A stretch of 64,000 bases of DNA from Sphaerodactylus townsendi (Eukaryota), in NCBI RefSeq assembly GCF_021028975.2, contig NC_059426.1, forward strand, positions 126,294,001 through 126,358,000, written 5' to 3'. How positions within the stretch are numbered: the first letter of the stretch is position 1; each line of letters starts with the position of its first letter. Made by a program: the position numbers and the translations under genes. This document shows positions 48,101 through 61,781 of this stretch, in pieces. Below the pieces are notes generated by a model that did no database searches, was not told the origin of the DNA, and saw only the letters and a program-made list of their open reading frames with translations.

Positions 48101-50023
48101 AATAGCTATATATCAGTAAAAATAAAAGCAGTGCCTGACCATCCAGTGATTGATCTCTTCCTATGTAACTTGTAGTTAGTGTGGCTTCTTTTACGCCAGG
48201 GTTTGCACTCAACTCAGAGCACATTTTCTGACTGCTGAGTAAGTGCTGCCTACTTTCCTCATACTTTCACATGTCTGTGGCTAGGGCAGGGACGGAGCGA
48301 GGGGGCACTGCACCTGGGGCATGTGTGTGCCCCATGCCCCTGCCACGCCCCCCTCCCCTGAATGCCCCTGCCACTTCCCCGCACCGGCACACGCCCGGTG
48401 CGTTGCCCCCCCTTTCCCGCAGCGCTACACCACTGGGCTAGGGTGCAACCTTTGCAGTCAGAGAGGTGAAGGGACAGTATTTTTCTTTATGTGGATAATT
48501 TTAACTACAAGTTAAAAGTGTATAGTTTCTCTGTAGGTTAGTTAATGTTGAGTGCAAAAATAGAAACTCTGTAGGGGGCAAGACAAGAAGGACTTGGTGG
48601 CATGTAGAGCTATGGGAAAACTGGGGGAAACTGATATATTATTTCATTTTTAAAAAAACCCTATAGCTGGTGCTCTAGGAGTGATCCTCCAGAAGTACAC
48701 TTTATGCTGTGAAGTTTTTAGCCTTCCAGGTACAATGCAAGGTGAATCATACCTTGACTGTATTGCACTGTGATTCTTATATCATGATCAGCCAAGAGAA
48801 AGCTCTGAAGAACATCTATTCATTTCATTCTGAACCTGGTCCTAGAGTGTGCAGTAAATTAAAAAGCTGCAGAATGGGGCCAAATAAAGCAGAGGGAAAT
48901 ATTTCTCAAATCTGGGGTCACCCTCAGGCTTTCAGAAAATTTTCCAAGAAAAAAAGGCATAAAATGAAAGTTAAAGGTTTTGGTACCTGTTATGGATTAA
49001 CATAGTTGCCTAGGTAAACTAAAGTGGTGGCTGCAGAGAAGTTCGAGGGGGAAGGAATAAGCTGGAAAGACCAGAAGGAAGATGGGAGGGCTGAAGCAAA
49101 GTCAGAGTAGAGAAAGTGGGGGAAAGAAAATGAAGTGAAGGGAGAGATGCGGGCTGGAGGGAGGGAAGAAAGAAAGGTGAGAGAGAGGAGAAGCTGCAAG
49201 GGGGAGGAAAGGAAGGAATGAAGGGAAGGTTGCAGATGGAAGACTGGGAAAGGTAGGAGGGAGGCAAGGAAGCATGTGGGGGGGAAGGTTAAGGTAGCAA
49301 GGTACAAGGTGAGGGGAAGGCTAAGGTAGCATGAAGGGAGAACTAGCCCAGGGGATTTTCATTGCCCCTTTCCCTGCCCTCTGGTACTGCCTGCAGGTCA
49401 CTGTTTGTTCATCTGTAATGTTTGAATTGCTTCCACTATGCAAAGCTTCACGGTTGATGATAGAAATTTAACACACCAAAAAGTAGCCTATTTGTCCAAG
49501 GCATTTTTAGTATCTGGAAGCTTGCAATACACTCTACCCCACCCCCATCTGAAATTATGTAGTCTCGGTAGGACAGTGTGGCATGGTTCTGTTGAACCGC
49601 CTTTAAATAGGTGTTCTTCAGTAGCTGCTCAGTCCTTGGAGTTTAGCCAAAGGCAGCAAAAAATTATTTTACTTGAGTTGGTACGTGGTAGCCAAGACTC
49701 AGTAACTTATCAGTATGGGATAAAGATATTCTGAATTAATAAATACAATGAACGGATTGGATGTTCTTACTTTCATATTTTTTTCCTTAACCTACCAATG
49801 GTAGATTGTTGATAGCATGATTATGGTATTGTTTTCCCCTGCTGGCAAGTTGTATTTCTACTTAACTCTTTTTCTTTCTTTCAGCACTTTGGAACACTTG
49901 AAGCGCTGGCTGCAGCCTGATAAAGTGGCAGTCAGCACGGAGGAAGTACAGTATCTGATTCCCCTGGAAGCCCATGTAGAGAAGCAGGACACTGAAGAAG
50001 AGTCTATGGTGGCAGAACAGTGA
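44862..50023 (+). CDS. CCDC32: Coiled-coil domain containing 32; join(44862..45105,47614..47770,49885..50023), 179 aa
   Basis: QDLWAEICS, KPWAPLKDSEVYLASLE, EVTSKDML.TLAQAKKECWDRFLQE and TLEHLKRWLQPDKVAVSTEEVQYLIP match human C15orf57/CCDC32; phases 1 and 2 are consistent. Confidence 0.96.
46147..46247. mobile_element. hAT MITE nested in the Penelope fragment
   Basis: TIR C(C/A)GTGGTGGC(A/G)AACCTTTGGCACTCCA; perfect TSD GCATAGTA. Confidence 0.85.
46528..46823 (+). mobile_element. CR1 3' end nested in the Penelope fragment
   Basis: Uninterrupted CR1 3' UTR with TTCTTATG tail; serves as the in-window reference for the other two copies. Confidence 0.88.
47614..47770 (+). CDS. CCDC32: CCDC32 coding exon 2
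   Basis: ERRLMRIKGLSQEVTSKDML...EPDES. Confidence 0.94.
49040..49340. repeat. GA-rich low-complexity tract
   Basis: Strongly purine-biased stretch. Confidence 0.7.
49885..50023 (+). CDS. CCDC32: CCDC32 coding exon 3
   Basis: TLEHLKRWLQPDK...VAEQ*; AATAAA candidates at 50839 and 51151. Confidence 0.95.
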
Positions 50024-51302
50024 AAAGCATTCCGATCTTGCCTCGTATCAGGGCTGGTAGGGCTTGTATTTTGAAAAGAGGGGGGAGGGGAAATGCCCAT
50101 GCTTTGTTAAACTAGGCCTCAGTTTTTCCCCTCCACAGTACTTCCTCTCTTACGCAGCTGTTCCAGGGTACCGTGTTCCAAAATTATAGCCTTCTGTAGT
50201 TTGCTGAGGCATAATCTGAGCTGAAAGGTTGCAGTGTTGGCTAATACGATGAACTAGAGTCGCATGATGAACTAGAGTTGCATGTGCAAGATCATTAGCT
50301 TCTATTATTTTCCCCACCCCTTCCTTGGGTTTTCCCTTGCATCTGCATTGTTCTCAGAACATCTTACTGTATTATTTTTGAAAGACTGACATAAATATGG
50401 ATTTCTTGTATAATGTCTCTATAAGTGTGATGCGCTCTGTGTCACCAGGCCCTAATCTTTCCTTGAAATGTGTAGAAGATTGAATTTTGAAATTCCAGAA
50501 TACATTGTATAATCCTAAGCAGAGATGCACCTTTAAGCCCATTTCGACTTCAATGTACTTAGAAGGGAATAATTCATTTTAGGATGATACTGATAAAAAC
50601 ATATTTGACATTCCTTACATTACAGCATGCCATTCCCTAATGGTAATTCCTGAGGCTGATGCTCCTCAGGATTTGCAGTCACGTTATGTCTTTCTTCCAG
50701 TACTGTTCTTTTTTAAACCAAATGGTATCTGAATCTTTTTCTTGTGATGAGTGAAAAGCAGCTGTGGGAAGGTCAGTGTTGAGTAGCCCTCTGTTGTGTA
50801 GGTTCAGCCTTAGATATATGAAAAATATCTTCCAGCAAAATAAACCCTTTCAGTTGAAACTGGTGTTTTCATCTGCACAAAGATTTCCCATTGATAAACA
50901 GTTATGACTTTACACAATCATTTTTGTATAACTTTGAGTTTAAAACTGTTTGGGAGTTGATTTTCCTAGAATTATCATTTGTATTATCTCTGTACTTGAG
51001 TGTTATGACCTCTCCAAAAAATCTGTGTTCCTAGCCAATATATTCATGAATCTCTCCTTATTCAGCCTCAGTTTTTATAATTATAAGGAGAGAAAGCCAA
51101 TGAATTCTGAAGCAATCCTGGAACAAAACCTTTATTTAGTAGTGAATTTGAATAAAATATGAGTTGAAAAATATGAAGCTGTCATATTTGATGCTTTTCC
51201 TCTTTTCAGAATTTCTGAGGGGTTCTGGAGTTTCAGTGAAATGATTAGGGAATACAGTATCAAATGAGACAAAATATCTGAATATTCAAGAAACTTGCAG
51301 AT

Positions 51303-51400
51303 GATCCTCTGAAGATGTCAGCCACAGATGAAGGCAAAACGTCAGGAGAAAACACTACTAGAACATGGCCATACAGCCCGGAAACCACACAACTCCCCAA
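51303..51400 (+). mobile_element. Penelope pLTR half with degenerate hammerhead
   Basis: ATCCTCTGAAGATGTCAGCC...GGCAAAACGTCAGGA (GAAA mutated to AAAA). Confidence 0.75.
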
Positions 51401-53619
51401 CTTTCTTTTTATTATTTCACTTAATTTCATGTTTAGGCCAATTCTGAACTGTATACTCTTCTGTTGGACTGGTGGCATGGGTTTTAATTAGTTTATTTGC
51501 ATAGTTAAAATTTTTAAAACTATCTTAATTGTAACTTTTCTCTAACTAGCAGAATATGTTGGATAACCTTGCAACTTGCTGCGTTACTTTTTTCAACAAT
51601 ATCGTTGCAAAACTGAGATGATAAATTAGTACTTGCCCTGCTTCAATTTCTTGGTTTAAAAGAAGCAAGTAAAGTGGTCACAACTCTGAAATTAAGGAAT
51701 CTCTGGATAGCTCTGGTAGTAAATACTTCTGATTGGTATGTAGATCAAACAGAGCAGTTTCAAGGAACCCCCTTTCAGGTGTATTTTGTTAGTTATTCTA
51801 ATCAATTATAATAAAGTTAAATAGTTGCTTCTGTTAATTGGCTTTTTCCACATTCTGAGGAAACTCTTGAGGCTGATGAAATTTTATTTATGTTGGAGGT
51901 AGGGTTGTGGTTCAGTGACAGAGCATCTGATTTCCATGCAGGAGGCCTCAGCCTCAGGCCCCAGCATCTCCATTTAAAAGGGTCAGATATTGGAAAATGC
52001 GGCCAAGTTACAGACGACTCATGGCAACCTCATGGGTTTTCAAGGTGAGAAGCAAACAATAGTAAACAGGTTTGCCATTGCCTCTGCATAGCAACCATGA
52101 ACTTCCTTGGTGGTCTTCCATCCAAGTGAGGACCCTGGTTAGCTGACAAAATTGGGCTGGCCTGGGCCATTCATGTCAGGTGGTCAGGTAGTAGATGATG
52201 TCAAAAACTCTAGAGAGCCCCATCAATAAAAGTCAACGCTGCTTACTGTTACAAAACCAGTGATTTGACTCAGTATAGGGCAACCTCATGCATTCGGTAT
52301 ATTCTTCTGGTCATGTTCCCTAACTTGCAGAGCAGAGTAGTGAAAGCAGCCAACAGGGCTTTGACAAAGAATTTTAGGAGGTGAAATGTTAAGTGGAAGA
52401 AATTCAGGTAGGCACATCTATATGGGGCAGAGGGAGAAACACAGGTGTACATTGAAGGGGGACATGCAGCCAACTTCATGGGGGTACGAATTTGCACCAA
52501 TTTTTAATGGGATATAACCTAGGAAGAGCAGGTCCTATTAACATCACATTCCCTATTCAATAATTGTTTAACTTTGAAGAAGAAGAAGAGTTTGGACTTA
52601 TATCCCCCCTTTCTCTCCTATAGGAGACTCAAAGGGGCTTACAATCTCCCTTCCCCCCTCACAACAAACACCCTGTGAAGTGTTCCACAGCCCCTAAAAT
52701 AATAGGTATGCTCCTCTGATAGCCCTATATTTATTCCAACTTGCTGCTTCCTATTTTTTTAGCCAGCTCTCAGTCCATAAGAGGACTTGTCCTGTTATCC
52801 TATGAGGATGAAGTTTGCTTCAAAGTGACAGGCAGGATAATGTTGCTGTGTTGTCTTTGGTTGGCCACTGTGAAGGATGGACCTTAATCCAGCATGGCTT
52901 TTCTTATGTTCTTAACATGAAGTTCACGATATAAGCTTTCAAGAGTCAAAGCTTCCTTTGTCAGAAACAACAAAGGGAGAAGTGAAGATCTCTTAGTTCT
53001 TTAATTCTAGTCCAGAAGTGGAAGGGATATTGTAAAGAATAATATAAAGGATGCAAAGATTCATATTGTAATTAGTGCGATTAGAGGAGAGAGCAAATGC
53101 TTGGGGACAGAAATTTAGCATCTGTAGTGATGTAAGAATCCTATGTTCCTAGCTAGCCCTGGGGGTCCATTGTTCTATACTTATAAATTAACTGAAGTTA
53201 AACAATGTCATCTTGTACTTTCCCCTAATAATTTCTTTCTTCCAGTCTGCCATTCTTAGTTCAGCAATGGATGGACCTGGGAGATTAATTTTTTCTCTCA
53301 CTGGTTTTTGAATGTTGCAATTTTTAATGTCAGATTTTTGCCATCCGTCAGAAGATAGGGAGATTCATTCCATTCTTTACAGACACTGGGCACAGTATGG
53401 CCCAGCTACACCTCTACCTAACATTTATTTTTAATGCAAATAAGCAAACTCTGTGATGTAGTTACCTAAGTATATGGCTGATTTCATTATTTCCAAAATG
53501 GAGAAAGTTATGAAACTGTTCTGTTTGGCTGATATTTTTTGTTGGAAACACCAGCTGAAGAATGCCAAATGACAGAATACAGAAGATGGAAACAAAGGTA
53601 AGTTGTAACATTTAAGAAT

Positions 53620-54780
53620 AATTATGGATAAACATAGATGGGTTGAAGGGATTTGGAATTCAGTAATGTGGGATTTGTCCTGTGGACTGCCACAAGGTTC
53701 TACTCTCTCACCTATGCTCTCCAACATTTGTATGAGGCTTCTGAATGAGATAGTCCAGAGCTTGAAGTTTGGGCATCATCCATATGCAGATGACATTCAG
53801 CTCTGTAATTCATTAGCCACGCCTACAGATACACTCATATCTGAACCTGTGCTTTGAAACTGGTTAGTTGACTAAGGTAGAACATTCTGAAGCTGGATCC
53901 ATACAACTTAGAGGTGATGCTGTTGGTGGAGAAGGCTCATATTTTAGAGGGATTGCTTGCACTTATAGTGGATGGAGTGGAATTGGCATTTACAGAGCAG
54001 GTCAAAAGCTTGGAGGTATTCATGGGTCTAACCTTGAAATCTGAAAATCAGGTAATGATCATGAGTGTTTTCTATCAATCTACATTTGGCTTAGTCTCAG
54101 ATGATCTGGCCACACTAATCCCCGCTTTTTAACCTCATGGTTGGACTACTGTAAGATACTCTGTGATGGGCTGCCATGTTTTTTTGCCATCAAGTCATAG
54201 CCAACATACAGTAACCCCATAGAGTTTTGAATGCAAGAGACATTCAATGGTGGTTTTGCCATTGCCTTCCTCTGTGTAGTGACCCAGGTATTCCTTGGTG
54301 CCCTTCCACTCAAATACTAACCAGTGTTGACCCTGCTTAGATTCCAACATTGGGCTAACTTGGGCTATCCAGCGAAGGTCACTCTTCAATACAACCCAAA
54401 ATCTTGTGGTGGTTCAGAATGTAGCAGCTTAATTATTTTTAGGAACTAGCCCATGGCAAATACGTTGCCCACCTCAAACAGCTACACTGCCTTTGAAACA
54501 CCTACACTGCCAATTCAGGGTACTGGTTATGACCCTGAAAAAGTTCACGGCTGAGGACTCATATCTAAAGGACCACCATCTGCCATATCTCCCCGTGTAC
54601 TACCTGTGGTCCACAGGGTGCCATCTATTGGCAGTTCCCCCAATTTAGGTAACCTGTCTGGCATCAACCACAGCCGGTACCTATTCATTTGTTGTTCCCA
54701 CTGCTGGAGGAGGTGGGAGGTTGCCATCTGTGGAATTTTTTAGGAGGCGCTATAAGGCCTTTTTATTTGCCAGGGTTTTT
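53620..54780 (+). mobile_element. Old L2/CR1-clade LINE RT fragment, interrupted by a SINE (~54180-54372)
   Basis: GLPQGSTLSPML...YADDIQL reverse-transcriptase motifs, degenerate. Confidence 0.7.
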
Positions 54781-57700
54781 CATGGAAAATAAACAACAAG
54801 TGTCTGGGGGGGGGTATTTGAAGTTTTTAGTTTGTTTATTTTAAATTATAAATGTTTTGAGTGTCCGTTAGAATAAGTATTTTGTCACTTCGTGAATTTT
54901 TATTTTTGTATGTGTTGGAAAGATTTTGAAGTACAAATAAAATGTTGATGCAAAAATTGTAAATGTTTAATTATTATTGGTAAGTCACTGGAGCCACAAG
55001 GAAAGGCAGGATATAAATATTTTAATGAATAAATCCCAGTTCACAAAAATACTTGCTTCAAATACATTTTATGCAGAAAATACTGGTTGAGAGGGCACCT
55101 ACTAACTAGGATGCCTCATTCATCAGGATGAATTCACTGCTTGAAAATGTTTTGTATTACCTTGAAAGGGCCATTTGCTTCTATCAGTACAAAATGATAT
55201 TCAAGATGAGCAAAAGATTCCTCCCAGTAAGTGATATATAATTAAAGATAATTGCCTCCCAATGTATAAGTAACTCTGACTTGGTTTCAAAGAGATGGGT
55301 CCTAGTAACGTCTGGCTATTTTTTAAAATTCTTGTCCTTTCTCTGATATTAATAACAATTCCTATCCCAAAGCACCAAAGAATGCTTCCTGCTGAGTTTT
55401 GAGCTCCTTGATATCCACTGTGTGAAAAGAGACGACAAGATCTTTCATTTGGGACAAAACATTTTCAAAATAAAGAACACTAAAGATGAGTGCCCAATTT
55501 GGGGGCTAAACGTTTTAAGGGACAGATTCTCATCTACATCAGCTTCAAGCTCGTTAATCAAAAGAGCACATTTTATGTTCAATTAAAGCCATCAAAAAAA
55601 CCAAAAACCTGGTTTTAGTTGTTTCTTTCAACAAAGAGAAGCGATTTTAAAAAGCCTCGATATTTCACAAAGAAGTGGGGCTACAAAGCTATAATTTCCT
55701 TCTGCCACTTTACTGTATGAAAAAGGTTTAAAAGGCCAAAAGCTTTTAAAGTGTATTGATTGCTGTAGTAACAATTAACCTCTGAAGGTCACACAATTAC
55801 CTATTGAATTGAAAATCCTGCTTTGATTCTTTGCTTGGTTTGTGTGGTCACCAAGTGAGAAGTAAACACACTTGTGGATGTCTTCATGCCTACTGCTTCA
55901 TCGTCTATACCTTTTCATGTTCATTCTGAACAGCAAAAAAACAACAAAATAAATGTTGACAGTTTCCCTGTAATTTGTTGTAGGAACAGGATTGGCCACT
56001 TAAGACAGAGATTGTTTAGCTTCCCATGCCTTGCCTTCACTCTTGGAAATTAGTGTAGTCAAGATAGATGCGGCAACAAATACACATAATGCACCATTCA
56101 GCCAAGATCGGATTTTAGACCCTACCGGATTTGAAGGGAAAGTCAGACCCAGACTTCTCTCTGTTGCACGGAAACCAGTGGGACCTAAAAGCAGAAATGT
56201 GGACGCATGAAGCTGCCTTATACTGAATAAGATCACTGGGTCTACCAACATCAGTACTGTGTACACTGACTGGCAGTAGCTCTCCAAGATCTCAAGAATA
56301 GGTCATCATAACATATATTATCTGATCCTTCCAATGGGGAGATTCTGGGCATGGACCCTGGGACCTTCTGCATGCAAAGCAGATGCCCTATTATAACCAC
56401 AGCAGCATTCAACTTGACCTGTTTCCCCAGGTATAGTCAGGACTTGTATTGTTGCCCTGCCATCCAAATAACAGCTCTACAGAGTTGTTGGGAGACTAGT
56501 ACCTCATTGATCCCATGCCACAATTTCAGTCTGAATTGGAGCAAAGACTCCTGCATTTTTTTTAAAGGTGGGGGATGCTGAGAAATTCATTCACAGAAAT
56601 TCCAGCATCACATATGTTTTGGTCCTAAGCTTCTTTTTGTTTTCAGATAGTCTGCTTTCTCCACAGAATGATCTTATACTATCTGAACTGCAGAAGGTAT
56701 GGAGTTGTAAACTGTGAGACTGAAGTTGGTTCTCAGTTTGCTCTTTGCAGTTACTGCTTCCTTAGTCTCCAGTGCAACCACAAATGCTGATGTTACTTAA
56801 ACAGCTCTGCACCCCAAATACATTTTAGACCACCCCAAATTATATGTCTCTAGACTATGGAAGCACTGCCCAACAAAGGGACATAGAGTACTTCCTGATC
56901 TAAAGAGGGAAGAGCTACAGAATAAATAGCTGAGGGCTACTATATGCTGTGAATTGGGGGTATACATCACTGGGATCAGGAGACATATCATAATGAGGCA
57001 GTAGCTCCAGCAGATTCAGGTTCAGAGGGATTTCTCCTCACAAAAGCTCCCCCTTGCCTTTTCTGCATGGCTGGGTTTGCCCAAGCCTGCTACTTGCCCA
57101 AGCCTCCTCTTTGTCCACGCTTTGGTCATAGAACTCTCTACCCATGAAAAACCAGGGTTCTTGTTGAGAAAAGGCTTCACGTTGCAACTCAATGTGTGGG
57201 ACACTGGAAGAGAGACTGGAGGCAGACTATGTTAAATGGGAAAAAGAGACAATGAAGAGCTTTTGCAAGCAGTGGATGGTTCTCTGGACCAGTTTGCACT
57301 AAAAGGGACTCTTTTCCTCTACCTGTCTTGTCTGCTATCTCATGTCCTCCAGCTTTTTGAATGCCCCTTTTTGTTAGCATGTGTATTAGAGAAAGTGTAG
57401 TCAACCCAGAACACAGAACTACTACAGCCATCAAGATTCTACCAATCGCTTTGTGAGTTGATTGCTGATCATGCCTTGGGAGTTGCTGATGCTAAAAGGA
57501 ATGATCAAGAATGATGATTGGGATGCAGTGTATCACCCACTTGTACGGGTATGCCCCAATAATCTGCCACTGCCATAGCAATCTTGAGGATGCCACATGC
57601 CAGCAGATGCTCTAATTAGGCTCAGAGATGTTCTGGGGATGGTACTTGCTTAGATTACAATGTCCTCTTTCTAGCTTGGAAGACTCAGCAGAGTGTCTGT

Positions 57701-58169
57701 GTTCAGATCAAAATCCACTGAGAAGACAATGGCTTTCAGTGTTCTACGCCCAAAAGGAAATATTTTTCTTGGTATTATTGAATGTGTTATCTATTTTTGG
57801 TTAATTTTCTTGCTATAATGTGCAGCATATTTTCTTAGATGGGAATTATTCATACAATTGTTATTTATTACGTTTAGAAGGGTGCAAAGACAAACAGACA
57901 GACAGGGTGAGTGGTGAAAATTTCCAAATAAATACATCAAGGTTATGAGAAATCGACAAGATTTTAAATGTGGCTGTCTTAGACATGGGAGTTAATGTTC
58001 GGCTTCATTTTGAATTGCTGAAAAGATAGGAAAGAATCTATTGAATCCAGTGACTGACGATACAAAAGTCAAGCAAGTGGACACCTGTAGGTATCAGAAT
58101 GCTTTCGTTGCAACTACTGGAGGAAAAGAAAGCTGAATAAATCACCCTAGCTGGTTCATAACACTAATT

Positions 58170-58720
58170 CCTTCAGTAGCGTAGCTTACACCCAGCCGTC
58201 CACCCATATTCGGCTCCAGGAAAGCAAAGTGAATTTTGATACAAAGAGCGATCATGTAGGAGAAGAGCGGACAGAAAAGTAGCCAGCTCGTTTGGATTCA
58301 GACAGAGGCGGCGGCAGAGGGAAGAGATGTTTCCTCCCTCGCTCACTTTGCTCCAGCACCACTGAGAGAGGACAGCTCCTGCGGGGGTGGGGAAGGGCGC
58401 CTTCATGCCGCCTTGATTTACAGGCGGCCAAACAGGTCAGAACACCGGAGATCTGCAGTTAAGAATCGTGTTTTTTGAGAAGCAACCGATTCGCCCAAGT
58501 GCCGAAGAAAAGGACTCGGCCGCTGTCTTGCTCTTTCTGTCCTCCTGTTCTCTTGTTAAATTTTGTCTGAAACGCATCTTGCGGAATCCTCGCCTGCATC
58601 TCAGAGACTGAAGGAAGGGACCGGGGGTTCATTCAAGGGTAACTAAGTAAGCGGTGAGTAAGACTGGGGGAGTGGGGGGGGATAAAGCGGGTTCGCTAAA
58701 CTCCAGAGAGCGAACCAAAG
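58170..58720 (+). promoter_or_regulatory. CpG-rich probable promoter/first non-coding exon of an unidentified gene
   Basis: Local CpG enrichment in non-repeat DNA; consensus donor GCG|GTGAGT at 58653/58654; no coding exon recognised downstream in the window. Confidence 0.45.
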
Positions 58721-61158
58721 AAAGTGCGGTGGGCTCTTTAGGGATCTCTTGCCCTCTTCCTGCATTTCTCACAACTTTAGCACCTGTTCCAGAGAAGGGG
58801 GCTCTCACAATCCGTCTTGTTATTGGTGCTTTAGAATTTCCTTAGATCTCGATCACACACCATTATGCTTTTATTCCACTGAAATCAGTTCTAGCTGGGG
58901 GGAAGGATTCGGCATGCATGTCTATTCTGATGTGTCTTGCAGCATGATAAATGCAAGGATGTTGGAACTGACCCCTCAATGTGCTTTCTGTATAATGTAA
59001 GTGTGCTGTGCAAAGCAGTGCCCAGTGAAGCTGGTTAAAATTCAGCTGAGCAGCCTAGGTCTTCAACCCTCATTTGTCATGCTGGTTAACAAGCTCTTAT
59101 TGGAAAGGGGCATGACCACAGAACAGTTTTCTACAATCTGGAGACAAGGGCTGAGTGACACACGGCCACCTTTGGTCTCCCTCCATGAGCCAGAAGGAAA
59201 TAGAAAAATACTGCTGTGCGCTCTAGGAGGGATCACAAGGCAACACAAACTGTATCACAGATGTCTTTGAAATGTATCAAGTGACATGCAAACAAACTAA
59301 TAAAGATTAGGTTTTAACTATTGGACAGCTGAGGGAGCTATATTGGATTGTGCTTGGGGGGGGGGAGTTCCTACATTGATACACTCACACCACATTATGG
59401 AGGACTGTATGGAGTTGCCTTCTGCTGAATGGGACCATTATCCACTCAGCATGGGGCTCCAATAGCTTTTTCTAGCTTTGTTCACTGAGGATCCTTCCCA
59501 TAACTGGAGATAGCAGGAGCTGAACACAAGACTTGCAAAGGGTATGTTCTTCTACAATGGCCTTTTGAGACTTTTCAGTAAACCAAAATGAGCTGTGCCA
59601 GTGCCACCCTTTCATTGATTGTCTTTCATTTTATAGGTTGGTCATGTTGATTTTAAAGAGACCTGCATATCATTTTATGGGATGAAAGGATAGGACCGCA
59701 CATGGTGAAATGTTGGGATAGAGATGACTGCATTAATCTTGGGTAGGGTCTTAAAAATAAAGGCTACCTGCTTATATTTGGTGTGATGTTTACACTCACT
59801 ACAGTGCCATCAAACATAAACCAGCAGTTTACTGACCTCAAGACCATTTCCAAAGTCACACACCCCCTACTCTGAAAGCACTTATTTGTAGGAATTACTG
59901 TGAACATTATGTGTAGATCTTCACTTGGCAGTCCTGTGTGTCGGTGGTTCACTTCATGCTAGGAATACAGCCATGTAACTGTCAGTAGCCTCCAGATTTA
60001 AAAACATTGGGGAGACTATAAATTACATAAATAAATGCCCACCTCTTGTAAATTTAGGGATTGAGGTCCTTATAATTTTATCAGTATTTGAAGACTTGGT
60101 ATATAGAAGCCAACTGCGCAATTACTTATTTTTAGTTATTTGGAAATCCTTTATAGAAACTTATGTGTAGATCTGCCAGACTGCCACCACTTCAGGATCT
60201 TTTTGTTTCTAGCTTATGTCTATTTCCCCCCCTCCCCCCCTTTTTAATTAGTTGCTGGGTTTTACGCTTTTATTTCCTATTCTTCTTTTCTTTTGTTTCT
60301 GAAAGAAAGGAAAAACAAATTTGAAAAGTGTCATGACTGACTTTAAGTGTTAGATGGTATATTATCTATGTCATTTGTGAAGCAGACCTGCTGTGGCAGT
60401 TTCTGTGATCTCTTTTGTACATTACTGGGTGCCCAAGGCAACTGAAAGAGCAACAGTACGTGTTTCTCTCTTGAATGCTGTTGGAGGGAATGCCTCCCTG
60501 TAACCCCCCTGCCACAATAGATCATAGGAGCTGACATTCCAGAGCGTTTGTCAGGATGGAAGAAGATCACTTTATTTAAGCATTTACAGGCCATTTTACT
60601 CTCCAATGTGATCCAACATGGCTTACAATATAAAAGCACTAATGTAAATAAATAAAATGGGGGTGGGGGTGGGGTCCTAAATGCAAAGGTAGGTCTTTTT
60701 GCCAGCTGATCTTCCCCCTATGCCAGACTGTGACTCTCAGGCCATTTGGCTCATACTTAACAGGCCAATTCAGGTTTACAAAAGTTGCCTGCAAGCATGG
60801 GGCATGGCAGAGGCTCAGCTACAAGATCTCACAACAGCTGATGAAGGGTTACTCCTCCTCTCTCCCACCCACCAAACTATTAAAGGCTCCAGGGCTTGAC
60901 ACTTCCATTTGATTTTGCATAACGTATTAAACAGCATCTTTGTAGCTGTTTTGTAGCTTTGTGCCCTGTAAGTGAAAGTTGTTGAATGAAATAGAGAGCT
61001 TAGGAGACAAACTGAATGTACATCACATCTGGTACAGATTTTTCGAGTTTTGTGGCATACAAGTTTTAAAAGAAATTTATTGCAGTCACAAAGAAATTGG
61101 TCTAAATTCTTCTAGTCTGTGTTTATTTATTTTTTCCCAAACAGGCTGTTCTGGATTC

Positions 61159-61228
61159 AGTATTGGATGTAGTCTGGATGTAGTCTGGATGTAGTCTGGA
61201 TGTAGTATTGGATGTAGTCTGGATGTAG
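61159..61228. repeat. 11-bp minisatellite (GGATGTAGTCT) about 6 copies
   Basis: Directly visible tandem units. Confidence 0.85.
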
Positions 61229-61781
61229 GAGAGCTAACAGTGTAATAAAACTTATCACAGTAAAGAAGAAAGTAAGTGGGTTCAGGTTTTTTATTCAAAG
61301 AGAGGATAACCTTCCTTTCCATGTACACATGTGTAAGAACATGCACCATGAGCTTTCTTGTGATAGCATTTATCCCACCAATCCCTCCTTTCTTGGAACT
61401 GCTAGAGATAGAAGGTACATCCTCTTCCTATGCCTCACCCATGAAGACAGCACCATTTATGTTTAAGCAAACAGGCTGACTTAAACCACTCATACAATTG
61501 CTGTTGTCGCATAACATTTAGATAGGGCTGCAAACCTCAAATTTAGCACACAAGTGGGAACCTGCAAGGATGAGTGGTAGGTATCTCATTTCTCTCTTAC
61601 CCAATATTTCCACTTTCCCCTTCCTGCACCCCCCCAGTCTTTCCCTGCTTCCTTCTGTTCTAGCCACCCCAATAGCCTATCAACATTTATCAGCCTTTTA
61701 TCAACAGCATCCCCTCCCCAAGGAACCTTTACCTAGGAAAATCACAATTGGGGAAGCTTGGTTGGTTATTGTGACCAAATA

